Numbered from the stretch's first letter, positions 14,914 to 23,107 are shown. The stretch is DNA of 29,881 bases from a virus (IMGVR_UViG_3300033076_000586:1-29881); one strand, 5' to 3'. The notes: generated by a model not told the origin, from the letters alone. Program-made: numbers and translations.

Positions 14914-15294
14914 ATGCCTCTTCTCGACGATCAATGGCAAAATCCTCTCTGGGCGGCGTTCCAGAGCATGCGCGGTCGTGATCCTGAGCAGGACACGGCT
15001 CCGCTGCCTGAGGTGGGCCAGGTTCCTGGCGATAAGCTCGCCATGAAGATGTCGCAAGGATTAATGGCTGCTAACCCGGCTGCTGCTTTGGGCCGTGCGG
15101 CGATTATGGAGGGTGGCAAGGCTCTCTATGACGTGTATGGCGGCGATGAGAAGCTGGGCGAGATGAAGAGCGCTATGCGGGATTATATGTTCCCGCCGAG
15201 CTATCAGGGCGCGCCGTTGCGTGGATCGATCCAGCCTCAGAGCTATGGCAATCACTACGGCATGCTGAAACAGCCGTTTTATGTGGGGCGCTAA
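14914..15294 (+). CDS. hypothetical protein (possible internal head protein)
   Basis: 126-aa ORF between TerL and portal; M/G/A/Q-rich. Confidence 0.65.
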   Translation: MPLLDDQWQNPLWAAFQSMRGRDPEQDTAPLPEVGQVPGDKLAMKMSQGLMAANPAAALGRAAIMEGGKALYDVYGGDEKLGEMKSAMRDYMFPPSYQGAPLRGSIQPQSYGNHYGMLKQPFYVGR

Positions 15295-15446
15295 TGCCGC
15301 TTCTTGACGAGGGCTCTCGCGGCGCTGGCGAAGGCTCCCGCAACTACGTGATTTTCGATGACAAGCTCGTCGACATCGCCCGCAAGTATGGCCTTCTCCC
15401 GCTTGGCGTGGGCGGCTTTGACTTCTCTCAGCAAGAGCAGAAATGA
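15294..15446 (+). CDS. 50-aa ORF, likely internally deleted remnant (not in ORF track)
   Basis: MPLLDEGSRGAGEGSRNYVIFDDKLVDIARKYGLLPLGVGGFDFSQQEQK; coupled to both neighbours. Confidence 0.6.
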   Translation: MPLLDEGSRGAGEGSRNYVIFDDKLVDIARKYGLLPLGVGGFDFSQQEQK

Positions 15447-17446
15447 CTGACGAAAGCACATTCGAAAGCTCTGATATCGCTTCGCAGCGTGCGGAGGCTG
15501 GCGGCTCTGACGAGGCTGAAAAGCGCGCGTCTCTTCTAGACCGCGAGGCTTTGTTCAAGCGGCTTCGTCGCTGGTTCAAGCAGGATAAGCGGCATTCGGA
15601 GGATTGGCGGCGTGACGCTGAGACGGAATTCGATTTCGTCGCTGGTCGGCAGTGGAGCGCTGAGGATATCGCCTATCTCCGCGAGCAGATGCGCCCATCT
15701 GTGGCTTTTAATCGCATAGCTCCAGTGATTTCAGCGGTTTCTGGCACTGAGGTGACCAATCGGCAAGAGGTTCGGTATCTTCCTAGGACTGAGGGCGATG
15801 CGGCGCCGGATGAGATGCTTTCTGCTGTTGCCAGGTGGTTCCGTGACGAGTGCAACGCTGAGGACGAAGAGTCGGATGCGTTCATGGATACGCTCATCTG
15901 TGGCATGGGCTGGACCGAATCTCGGATGAACTTCGAGACAGACCAGGACGGCGCGCCGATGATTGATCGCGTCGACCCTCTTGAGATGTTTTGGGACGCC
16001 AATGCCAAAAAGCGCAATCTTGAGGATGCCCGGCGTATATGGCGTGTCAAGAAAGTCTCTTTGGACGAGGCTATCTCACTGGTCGGACACGGAGACGTTG
16101 ACGAAGACGACTTTAACGCTTCGTGGGCGAACTTTGATGATCGTGGGAATAAGGATGAGACGCGGCAGGAAGCGCGATTTTATCGCCCTGATGGTCGGTC
16201 CGATAAAGACACGCCGGACGACCTGATCACGCTGGTAGAATGCCAGTGGTGGGAGCGCGAAACGGTCTATGTCATCGCCGATGAGCTCGGCCAGATGCAG
16301 TTCTTGAGCGCCGAAGACTGGGATAAGCTCGAGGATCGGTCTGAAGAGCTTGGCCAGCCGTTGCCGAAGTATGCGACGCAGACTAAAAGGCGGTATTACC
16401 GGGCTTGGTTGGGCGCGAAGGTGCTGGCTGACCCTGACGAAGAGCCGTTCGGTCCGCATTTCAGCTACCAGTCTATTACCGGCTACCGGGATCGCAATAA
16501 GGGGACGTTTTACGGCCTTGTTCGTGGCATGCGCGACCCGCAGGTCTGGGCCAACAAGTTCCTGAGCCAGACGATGCATATTCTCAACACGTCCGCCAAA
16601 GGCGGGGCGCTGGTTGAGGAGAACATCTTCTCCGACGAGCGGGAGGCCGAGAAGAATTGGTCTCGCCCGGACGCCTTTATCAAGGTGAAGCCGGGAACCC
16701 TCAGCAACGCTTCGGGTCCTAAGATACAGCCGAAGCCTCAAGCGGCGATGCCTCCTGAATTGAGTGGTTTGATGCAGTTTTCTCTGCAGAGCATCCGGGA
16801 TGCGAGCGGCGTCAATCTCGAATTGCTGGGCATGAAGGATCAGGAGCAGGCTGGCGTCCTCGAGATGCAGCGCAAGAAGCAGGCTCTAGCTGTTTTGGCC
16901 GTGCTTTTCGATAGCTTGCGGCGTTATCGGAAGAACCAGGGTCGGCTGCTGCTGTGGCTGATCCAGAATTTCGTGTCTGACGGGCGAATGATACGGGTTG
17001 CGGAGGATTTGCAGCCGGCGCGTTATGTTCCGTTTATCCGGCAGCCTGACTTCGTCAATTACGACGTGATTGTCGACGATTCTCCGAGCAGCCCGCAGCA
17101 GAAGGAGCTGACCTGGGCGGTTCTGATCCAGATGCTGCCGATGGTTAAGGATCAGATGACGCCTGAGCTATATTCCACTATATTGGATTACAGTCCACTG
17201 CCGGAGAGCGCTGTGGAGAAGATCAAGCAGGCGATGATGCAGGCCCAGCAGAAGCCGCCGCCGCCGCAGCAACAATTGGCGATGGCGGGGGCTCAGGCTA
17301 AGGTCGAAGAGACGAAAAGCAAGGCTAACCTTAACAATGCCAAGGCGCAGCGCGAGCATGTTGGGGGAATGGTGGAGACTGCGCAGGCTGTGGCCCCGGC
17401 GGTTCCTCCGATGGCTATCCCGCCGGGCATGAATGGAGTGCAGTGA
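15443..17446 (+). CDS. portal protein (P22-like)
   Basis: 667 aa; F..G.QW...RP...FNRI.P; YGLVRGMRDPQ..ANK; SGVN..LLG; YDVIVD..PS; Q-rich barrel-like tail. Confidence 0.9.
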   Translation: MTDESTFESSDIASQRAEAGGSDEAEKRASLLDREALFKRLRRWFKQDKRHSEDWRRDAETEFDFVAGRQWSAEDIAYLREQMRPSVAFNRIAPVISAVSGTEVTNRQEVRYLPRTEGDAAPDEMLSAVARWFRDECNAEDEESDAFMDTLICGMGWTESRMNFETDQDGAPMIDRVDPLEMFWDANAKKRNLEDARRIWRVKKVSLDEAISLVGHGDVDEDDFNASWANFDDRGNKDETRQEARFYRPDGRSDKDTPDDLITLVECQWWERETVYVIADELGQMQFLSAEDWDKLEDRSEELGQPLPKYATQTKRRYYRAWLGAKVLADPDEEPFGPHFSYQSITGYRDRNKGTFYGLVRGMRDPQVWANKFLSQTMHILNTSAKGGALVEENIFSDEREAEKNWSRPDAFIKVKPGTLSNASGPKIQPKPQAAMPPELSGLMQFSLQSIRDASGVNLELLGMKDQEQAGVLEMQRKKQALAVLAVLFDSLRRYRKNQGRLLLWLIQNFVSDGRMIRVAEDLQPARYVPFIRQPDFVNYDVIVDDSPSSPQQKELTWAVLIQMLPMVKDQMTPELYSTILDYSPLPESAVEKIKQAMMQAQQKPPPPQQQLAMAGAQAKVEETKSKANLNNAKAQREHVGGMVETAQAVAPAVPPMAIPPGMNGVQ

Positions 17447-17691
17447 TGATTTCTAGCGACATGAAGAATTCGGTTTCGGATTATGCGGCGGCGATCACGC
17501 CGAGCGATTCGAATGCGAACGAGTATGAGTATTTGTGGGTTGGCGGCGCCGGTGATTTGGCGGTTATCCCGAAGCTCAGCGGCTCTGCTGTGACGCTGGT
17601 TGGCGTTCAGGCTGGCTCTTTCATTTGGGTTCGCACGTCTAAGGTCATGTCGACGAATACGACGGCGACGAGCATTGTAGGCTTCAAATGA
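17443..17691 (+). CDS. head spike base protein (RcGTA Rcc01079-like)
   Basis: AAAITPSD...LWVGGAGDLAV...V.AGS..VR..KV.ST.TTAT.IV pattern. Confidence 0.75.
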   Translation: MMISSDMKNSVSDYAAAITPSDSNANEYEYLWVGGAGDLAVIPKLSGSAVTLVGVQAGSFIWVRTSKVMSTNTTATSIVGFK

Positions 17692-17828
17692 TCGCTTTTG
17701 TCATGCGCACCGCGCGCACGTTCCGAATTAGATTCGATGTCGGAGCGCGGCTTACTTACGAGAGCGCAATTACTGACCAGCTACTTCTTGAAGATGGAAC
17801 TAGCTATCTTCTTTACGAACCGAACTGA
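17688..17828 (+). CDS. 46-aa fibre adaptor-like protein (not in ORF track)
   Basis: MIAFVMRTARTFRIRFDVGARLTYESAITDQLLLEDGTSYLLYEPN; LLLEDGxxxLL motif. Confidence 0.55.
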   Translation: MIAFVMRTARTFRIRFDVGARLTYESAITDQLLLEDGTSYLLYEPN

Positions 17829-17838
17829 GGGCTAGGCT

Positions 17839-18612
17839 GTGGCTGACGCAAAACTTTCCGCTCTAACCGAGCGCGGCGCGGCTGTTGTCGACGCTGATCT
17901 TTTCTACACAGTAAGCGGGACGACGAGCTATAAGCTTCTCGCTTCTCGTGTGAAGACATATTGCTCGGCCAGCCCGACGCTTGTGACGCCTGCTTTGGGA
18001 ACGCCGGCGAGCGGCACGCTGACGAATTGCACCGGTTTACCGGTCTCTACGGGCGTATCTGGACTCGGGACTGGGGTTGCGACGGCTGCCGGGAATGCGG
18101 TCGATGGGGCTGGCGGGTTTATCACCTACGCCACGTTCGCCCCGGCAAGCGGCAAGACGCTGACGGCTTCGAACAGCCTGACATTGGCTGGAACGGACGG
18201 CAAGACGCTGACGGTGAGCAATTCGATCACGCTCGCCGGCACCGATTCGACGACGATGACGTTCCCTCCGGCGTCTGCGTCGATTGGTTATCTGAACGTC
18301 CCGCAGAACAGCCAGACGGCTGCTTACACGACTGTTTTGGGGGATAGCGGGAAGCATATCCTGCACCCGGCGAGCGATAACAATGCCCGCACCTTCACGA
18401 TCGACAGCAACGCAAACGTCGCTTATCCGGTCGGCACGGTGATTACGTTCATCAACCTGATCAACACGGTCACCATCGCGATCACGTCCGACACGATGTA
18501 TCTGGCCGGAACTGGCACGACCGGCAGCCGGACGCTGGCAGCTTATGGCGTGGCGACGGCCACGAAGGTTGCGTCGACGACGTGGATCATTAGCGGCACG
18601 GGGCTAACCTGA
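17839..18612 (+). CDS. fibre protein
   Basis: MADAKLSAL start; SPTLVTPALGTPASGTLTNCTGLP fibre motif; T/G/A-rich; ends WIISGTGLT. Confidence 0.8.
   Translation: MADAKLSALTERGAAVVDADLFYTVSGTTSYKLLASRVKTYCSASPTLVTPALGTPASGTLTNCTGLPVSTGVSGLGTGVATAAGNAVDGAGGFITYATFAPASGKTLTASNSLTLAGTDGKTLTVSNSITLAGTDSTTMTFPPASASIGYLNVPQNSQTAAYTTVLGDSGKHILHPASDNNARTFTIDSNANVAYPVGTVITFINLINTVTIAITSDTMYLAGTGTTGSRTLAAYGVATATKVASTTWIISGTGLT
18151..18246 (+). repeat. 48-nt (16-aa) tandem duplication in the fibre gene
   Basis: GKTLTASNSLTLAGTD / GKTLTVSNSITLAGTD. Confidence 0.8.
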
Positions 18613-19880
18613 TGAGTGGCTGTCTAAATGTTCTGATGGCGCATGGAGGCTCTACGGTTCTGACGGAGGACTACACGTCATCCGACACGATGACGTGGGT
18701 GACGCACGCGCGCACCGGCCACGCGATGATGTTCGACAGCACGGGGAAGCTAACGTTCGCGCCGAATAACATTCTTCTGAATGGTAATAACTTTTCTGGG
18801 AGCTACGACAAGCTCTCTGGAGCTACGGTTGATGCGACGGGAGTTTCTGACCCATTTTCTGGGTCAAACGCGTCGACAATTACGCTCCCGAATGGCGGAG
18901 CTATTGCAAGGTATGAAACAGTCGAATCTGGAAACTATGCCGCGGGCATATGGCTGAAGGGTTCTGGGAATGTTGAAGTAACGCTTATGACATCGGGATA
19001 TTCCGGTGTTACGACGACTAATGTGACGCTAACCGGAACCTGGACATTTTATGATGCTGTTGGGGCGATTTCTGGAACGCTTGCTGGGCTTTTTGTTCGA
19101 AATGGCAGCGGATCAAGCGTGACATTTGATGCGTATTTGGGTGTATGCTCCAGAATAACTTATGAAAGCCACGTTAGGTCAGGCGACAAGGTTCTAATTA
19201 CCGGGACTGCCTATTACGGCCCCCGCATGGACTACAACCCGGCCACGTTGGCCAAGCGCGGGTTGCTGCGGGAGATGAGCCGGACGAATGTTGTGCTCTA
19301 CAATCGCGATTTGACTAATGCGGCGTGGACGAAAACTAACGTCACGGCGGCGAAAGACCAGACCGGCATTGATGGCGTTACTAACTCTGCGTCGAAGATA
19401 ACCGCTACAGCAGGCAACGGAACTTGCCTACAGGCTATTACACTTGCCTCGTCAGCCCGCTATCAATCCTGCTGGGTTAAGCGCGTTACTGGCTCCGGCA
19501 CGATTGAAATGACCATGGACAACGGTTCGACGTGGACGGCGATAACTGTCACCGGAAGCTGGACGCGCGTTGCCATACCGACGCAGACGCTTGCTAACCC
19601 GACAGTTGGGTTTCGCATTGTTACTGATACTGACGCGATTGCGATTGATATGGTGCAGAACGAAGATGGCACGAGCTGGACATCTGAGATACCAACCACG
19701 TCCGCATCAGTCACTCGCGCCGCAGATGATCTAACCGCAGCGCTCTACACCGCCGACAGCGTCACCGAATACTATCGCCTCGTCTCCGACCTGAGCGAAA
19801 CAAGCCGGACCGTCAATCCGTTCTCTGGCGTCACTGACGAGACGGACAGCATCTGGGTAAAGAAGTTCACAAAGCCATGA
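18612..19880 (+). CDS. head spike fibre domain protein with CBM-like domains
   Basis: PRMDYNP...RGLLRE..RTN......DL.NAAWTK...SEIPTTSASVTRAAD pattern. Confidence 0.75.
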   Translation: MSGCLNVLMAHGGSTVLTEDYTSSDTMTWVTHARTGHAMMFDSTGKLTFAPNNILLNGNNFSGSYDKLSGATVDATGVSDPFSGSNASTITLPNGGAIARYETVESGNYAAGIWLKGSGNVEVTLMTSGYSGVTTTNVTLTGTWTFYDAVGAISGTLAGLFVRNGSGSSVTFDAYLGVCSRITYESHVRSGDKVLITGTAYYGPRMDYNPATLAKRGLLREMSRTNVVLYNRDLTNAAWTKTNVTAAKDQTGIDGVTNSASKITATAGNGTCLQAITLASSARYQSCWVKRVTGSGTIEMTMDNGSTWTAITVTGSWTRVAIPTQTLANPTVGFRIVTDTDAIAIDMVQNEDGTSWTSEIPTTSASVTRAADDLTAALYTADSVTEYYRLVSDLSETSRTVNPFSGVTDETDSIWVKKFTKP

Positions 19881-20314
19881 CAACAGAAGTTATCGCGTGG
19901 GCTCCTAACATGGTTACAATGAAGACGGCGGCTCAAGCCACTGGCTTCTACCATGTCGCTCGACAGGCTATCAGGGACCACGGTTCTTGGGCCGGCTCCA
20001 GGGGCGGTTGGGCGCTGGCTCTTGTTCCGCAGTTCAACCAGCCGACCGGCAATATGGTCACTGTGAACGGCCCCAGCGGCCAGATGGAAGTGCCGGAGAT
20101 GGCCCCTGTGGCCGGCGTGTGGGCCAGACTTAGATGGAATGACACCTCGAAGCTTGCGCGCCTTGAGACGTTCATTACGGCCATCAAGGCTAATGGCCTG
20201 ACGGTTTACCGTCGAGTGAACGTCGGGAAGCAGGAGGCTCCTGCCTGGATTTGGACGGCTGATGGCGTGACGCCTGCGCCTTCTTATCTCGACCAGATCG
20301 GGGTCATTCTCTGA
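19877..20314 (+). CDS. hypothetical protein of the fibre module
   Basis: ATGA coupling to the spike fibre gene. Confidence 0.7.
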   Translation: MTTEVIAWAPNMVTMKTAAQATGFYHVARQAIRDHGSWAGSRGGWALALVPQFNQPTGNMVTVNGPSGQMEVPEMAPVAGVWARLRWNDTSKLARLETFITAIKANGLTVYRRVNVGKQEAPAWIWTADGVTPAPSYLDQIGVIL

Positions 20315-20316
20315 TC

Positions 20317-20464
20317 TGGTGAGATCTCACCGCGTCGGGCGGCTTCCCGACTTCGACAGCTCTGCGATAGAGGCTAAATGTCTGATATGTCTGAAGATTT
20401 TGCGGCAAGCTACACTCCCGAGGAAAAGAATTATCTTGATACGAAGGGTGGTGAGATCTCACCG
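20317..20464. repeat. two identical 16-nt copies TGGTGAGATCTCACCG with a 14-bp palindromic core
   Basis: Copies at 20317-20332 (intergenic) and 20449-20464 (inside the scaffold gene). Confidence 0.9.
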
Positions 20465-21331
20465 AAGGAGCCTCCGCCCGTAGAAAACGAAGTCGAGGAT
20501 GACGTTTCGACGGACGACGTTCATGCGTCTGACGATACGAAAGATCGTTCCGAAAACGAGCAACCGGAACAGAAAGAGCGTCGCGGTCGGGTTCCTCTGA
20601 GGCAGTTCCGCCAGGAGGAGGAGCGGCGCAAGTCCGCCGAGCGTGAGGCTCAGACGCTGCGGGAGCAGGCGGCTCGCTTCGACGAGCGGCTAAAGATGAT
20701 TTACGCCGCTCAGCAGCAGAACGAGCAGCCTAAAGATGAGGCTCCTGATCCGAGCCAGGATCCTATTGGCGCCATTCAGTGGCAGCAGCGGCAAATTGAG
20801 GCTCAGCGGCAGGCTTACGAGCAGCAGCAGCGCACGCAGCAAGAGCAAGCGGTGATTAGCCAGATTGATAATGGCTATCGCCGAGCCTTCCACGAGTTTT
20901 CTGCGGAGACGCCGGACGCCCCGCTTGCTTATCAGCACTTCACGAATGCTCTGGGTAAGTATTTCGAGACCTTGGGGGTTCCTGAGGCTCAGATTGACGC
21001 GCTAGTGGTTCAGGAGGAGCGCAAGCTTGCGTATCAGGCGGCGCAGCGGGGGCAAAACCCGGCGAAAATCGTCTACGAAATGGCTAGGCAGTTCGGTTAC
21101 GCCCCGGCGCCACAAGAAACCCAAGACCGAGAAGCAATCGAAAAGGCCGAAAAAGATATCGATCGCCGTCAGAAGGCGGCGGCGGCTTCAAAAAGCATCT
21201 CTAATGCGAGCGGTTCGCGCGGGGGGCGAGCCCCTAGCGCTCAAGAGCTGATCTCTATGAGCGACGAGGAATTCGCTGAGATGCGGTCGAAAATGAGTGA
21301 TCGTGAATTCCGTCGCATCGCCGGCGGCTGA
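20378..21331 (+). CDS. capsid scaffolding protein
   Basis: Acidic N-terminus, VPL..F..E..RRK, Q-rich coiled coil, C-terminal 'ISMSDEEF'; lies between portal and MCP. Confidence 0.8.
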   Translation: MSDMSEDFAASYTPEEKNYLDTKGGEISPKEPPPVENEVEDDVSTDDVHASDDTKDRSENEQPEQKERRGRVPLRQFRQEEERRKSAEREAQTLREQAARFDERLKMIYAAQQQNEQPKDEAPDPSQDPIGAIQWQQRQIEAQRQAYEQQQRTQQEQAVISQIDNGYRRAFHEFSAETPDAPLAYQHFTNALGKYFETLGVPEAQIDALVVQEERKLAYQAAQRGQNPAKIVYEMARQFGYAPAPQETQDREAIEKAEKDIDRRQKAAAASKSISNASGSRGGRAPSAQELISMSDEEFAEMRSKMSDREFRRIAGG

Positions 21332-21334
21332 CGC

Positions 21335-21363
21335 TTTACAGGTTCTGCGCTCTAAGGCATAGT
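21335..21363 (+). promoter_or_regulatory. candidate sigma70 promoter
   Basis: TTTACA-N17-CATAGT immediately after the scaffold stop. Confidence 0.45.
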
Positions 21364-21400
21364 AACGGCGCTCCGAATAGAGCGCGTGGGGAGACTCACC

Positions 21401-21438
21401 AAGCCGCCAATCCATGGCAGTGGGTTGGCGGTTTTTTG
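21401..21438 (+). terminator. intrinsic terminator
   Basis: GCCGCCAATCCAT-GGCA-GTGGGTTGGCGGT followed by a T run. Confidence 0.75.
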
Positions 21439-21466
21439 TTATCAAATTCAGAAGGATTGCGGGCGG

Positions 21467-21802
21467 ATGATTAAGGAATTCCGGGACAAGGCGTTCGCTC
21501 TCGTCACTAGGGCGCACAATGCGCATTTGTCGACCGATTCCTATGCCCAGCACGTAGCTCTCGGCGATTTCTATTCGGCTTTGGAAGACAAGGTGGACGA
21601 TATCGTCGAGACCTACCAGGGCTGCTATGGGAAGCTCGATAGCCCGGACAATAGCGTTAAAGACGCGATTGCCGAGATGGCTAATTGGGTTGCGGCGCAC
21701 AAGGACGAAATCGCCCAAGAAAACGATATCGTCGAGAACCAGCTGGACGAGCTTGGCGCTCTCTTCGCTAAAACCTATTACAAGCTAACCCAACTTAAGT
21801 AG
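21467..21802 (+). CDS. ferritin/Dps-like four-helix protein (DUF5856-like)
   Basis: AHNAHL.T.SYAQH.ALGDFY..L...VD..VE.YQG.YG...T.YKL..L motif. Confidence 0.75.
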   Translation: MIKEFRDKAFALVTRAHNAHLSTDSYAQHVALGDFYSALEDKVDDIVETYQGCYGKLDSPDNSVKDAIAEMANWVAAHKDEIAQENDIVENQLDELGALFAKTYYKLTQLK

Positions 21803-22283
21803 GCTTAGAGTATTCGCCCCAATGTTCTTTGGCGGCGTCGCAATATGCTTGGCGGGCAGATTGAGGGCTATCAAATAGACCTAAATATTTCCCGCCAAGT
21901 CTAGCCATATACCTGTTTTTTGTTACCTGTCTAACTCCTTTAAGCCCTGATGTGTTGTTTTTTGGCTTTTTTTGGTTGCCCTGATTTTGAGAAAAGGTTG
22001 AGGGGCGAAGATTTCTCCAACAATTATTCCACGGGTTGCCATCAATGTGGTCGATAACGTCTGGGACTTCTCCAGTCATCCATAGGAAGGCTAGGCGATG
22101 GATATAGTAATGCCTTTGTCCGACTACAGCGAAAAGATATCCATTCCCAGCCAAATGGCGTTGTATGGTTTCGTTCTTGTGGCTCTTTTTGTCGAATCGG
22201 TAACATTCCCCCGTCCATGGGCTATATGAGAAAAGTTCTCGGATTTCAGATTGGGTGAATGGTATCGGTAGAGGTTTTGCCAT
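21795..22283 (-). CDS. HNH homing endonuclease (antisense to the late operon)
   Basis: HRLAF...IDHIDGNPWNNCWRNLR..T.SQN...NNTSGLKGV...YLGLF; AT-rich. Confidence 0.9.
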   Translation of the reverse strand: MAKPLPIPFTQSEIRELFSYSPWTGECYRFDKKSHKNETIQRHLAGNGYLFAVVGQRHYYIHRLAFLWMTGEVPDVIDHIDGNPWNNCWRNLRPSTFSQNQGNQKKPKNNTSGLKGVRQVTKNRYMARLGGKYLGLFDSPQSARQAYCDAAKEHWGEYSKPT

Positions 22284-22316
22284 AACCTACTATGGCATGA
22301 AAACGAGAGATTGTAA

Positions 22317-22931
22317 ATGATTTTGATCGGCGTTCCGACCCGTGGCGATGTATGCGCGGGAACTGCTAATGATCTCATAGCCTTAATCTGCCGGTCTCAA
22401 ATTCCGCTGGCGATTAATTTCTCTGTTGGCTCAGTTCTCCCTGGGAATCGTGAGCTTTTGGCCGAGCAGGCTATAGAGATGGGCGCGTCGCATCTCTTCT
22501 TCGTGGATTCGGATATGCGCTTCCCGCCGGACACGCTGAACCGGTTGTTAGCGCATGAGAAGCCGATTATTGGCGCCAATGCGGTGACCCGCAAAGGGTT
22601 TATTCGGCCGTATGCTGGTGGGTTTGACGGAATGCCCGTCTACTCGAATGGCAAGACGGGGGTTGAGAAGGTTCTGACGGTTGGGGCTGGTCTGCTTCTA
22701 ATTGATTGTAATGTATTCAAATCTCTTGAAAAGCCGTGGTTTATGTTCCATTATATGCCCGGCATAGGTCATGGCGGCGAGGATGCTTATTTTTGCCGCT
22801 GCGCTGACGCTAAAGGATTCGAGACATGGGTGGACCATGATCTCGCGCACGATGTGAGGCACATCGGAACAATGGAATACGGGATGGAGCACGCTCAGCC
22901 CGTTCCTGAAGGCTTCCAGCCGGGGAAGTAA
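22317..22931 (+). CDS. GT-A fold (family 2-like) glycosyltransferase
   Basis: ILIGVPT...R......A......HLFFVDSDM.F...GAGLLLI...VF...PWF...GED..FC...H.G. Confidence 0.85.
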   Translation: MILIGVPTRGDVCAGTANDLIALICRSQIPLAINFSVGSVLPGNRELLAEQAIEMGASHLFFVDSDMRFPPDTLNRLLAHEKPIIGANAVTRKGFIRPYAGGFDGMPVYSNGKTGVEKVLTVGAGLLLIDCNVFKSLEKPWFMFHYMPGIGHGGEDAYFCRCADAKGFETWVDHDLAHDVRHIGTMEYGMEHAQPVPEGFQPGK

Positions 22932-22938
22932 ATACCGG

Positions 22939-23071
22939 CTTCGACCTGGCCCGCGATAGGGGCTCGCCAAGCTTGGGGCGCAAAACGAAGCTTCGTCACT
23001 CGGAACGATACTCCGAAACCGTCTAGCTGAAGACGTAAAGCGCAGCCTCGCGTGAACGCAGCGAAATAGCG
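22939..23071 (+). promoter_or_regulatory. structured capsid-gene leader with five tandem pseudoknot-like units
   Basis: Each ~25-30-nt unit has two interleaved complementary pairs; see findings. Confidence 0.5.
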
Positions 23072-23107
23072 GGCGAATCCCTCAACTCTTCCCAAAGGAG
23101 ACGGCAA

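Noticed and set aside
17839-19880. Diversity-generating retroelement target in the fibre genes
   Set aside because: There is no reverse transcriptase and no adenine-mismatched template/variable repeat pair was seen; the only repeat is an in-frame 48-nt duplication.
22939-23071. Mini-CRISPR array
   Set aside because: The units share structure rather than an identical repeat, and there are no spacers or cas genes.
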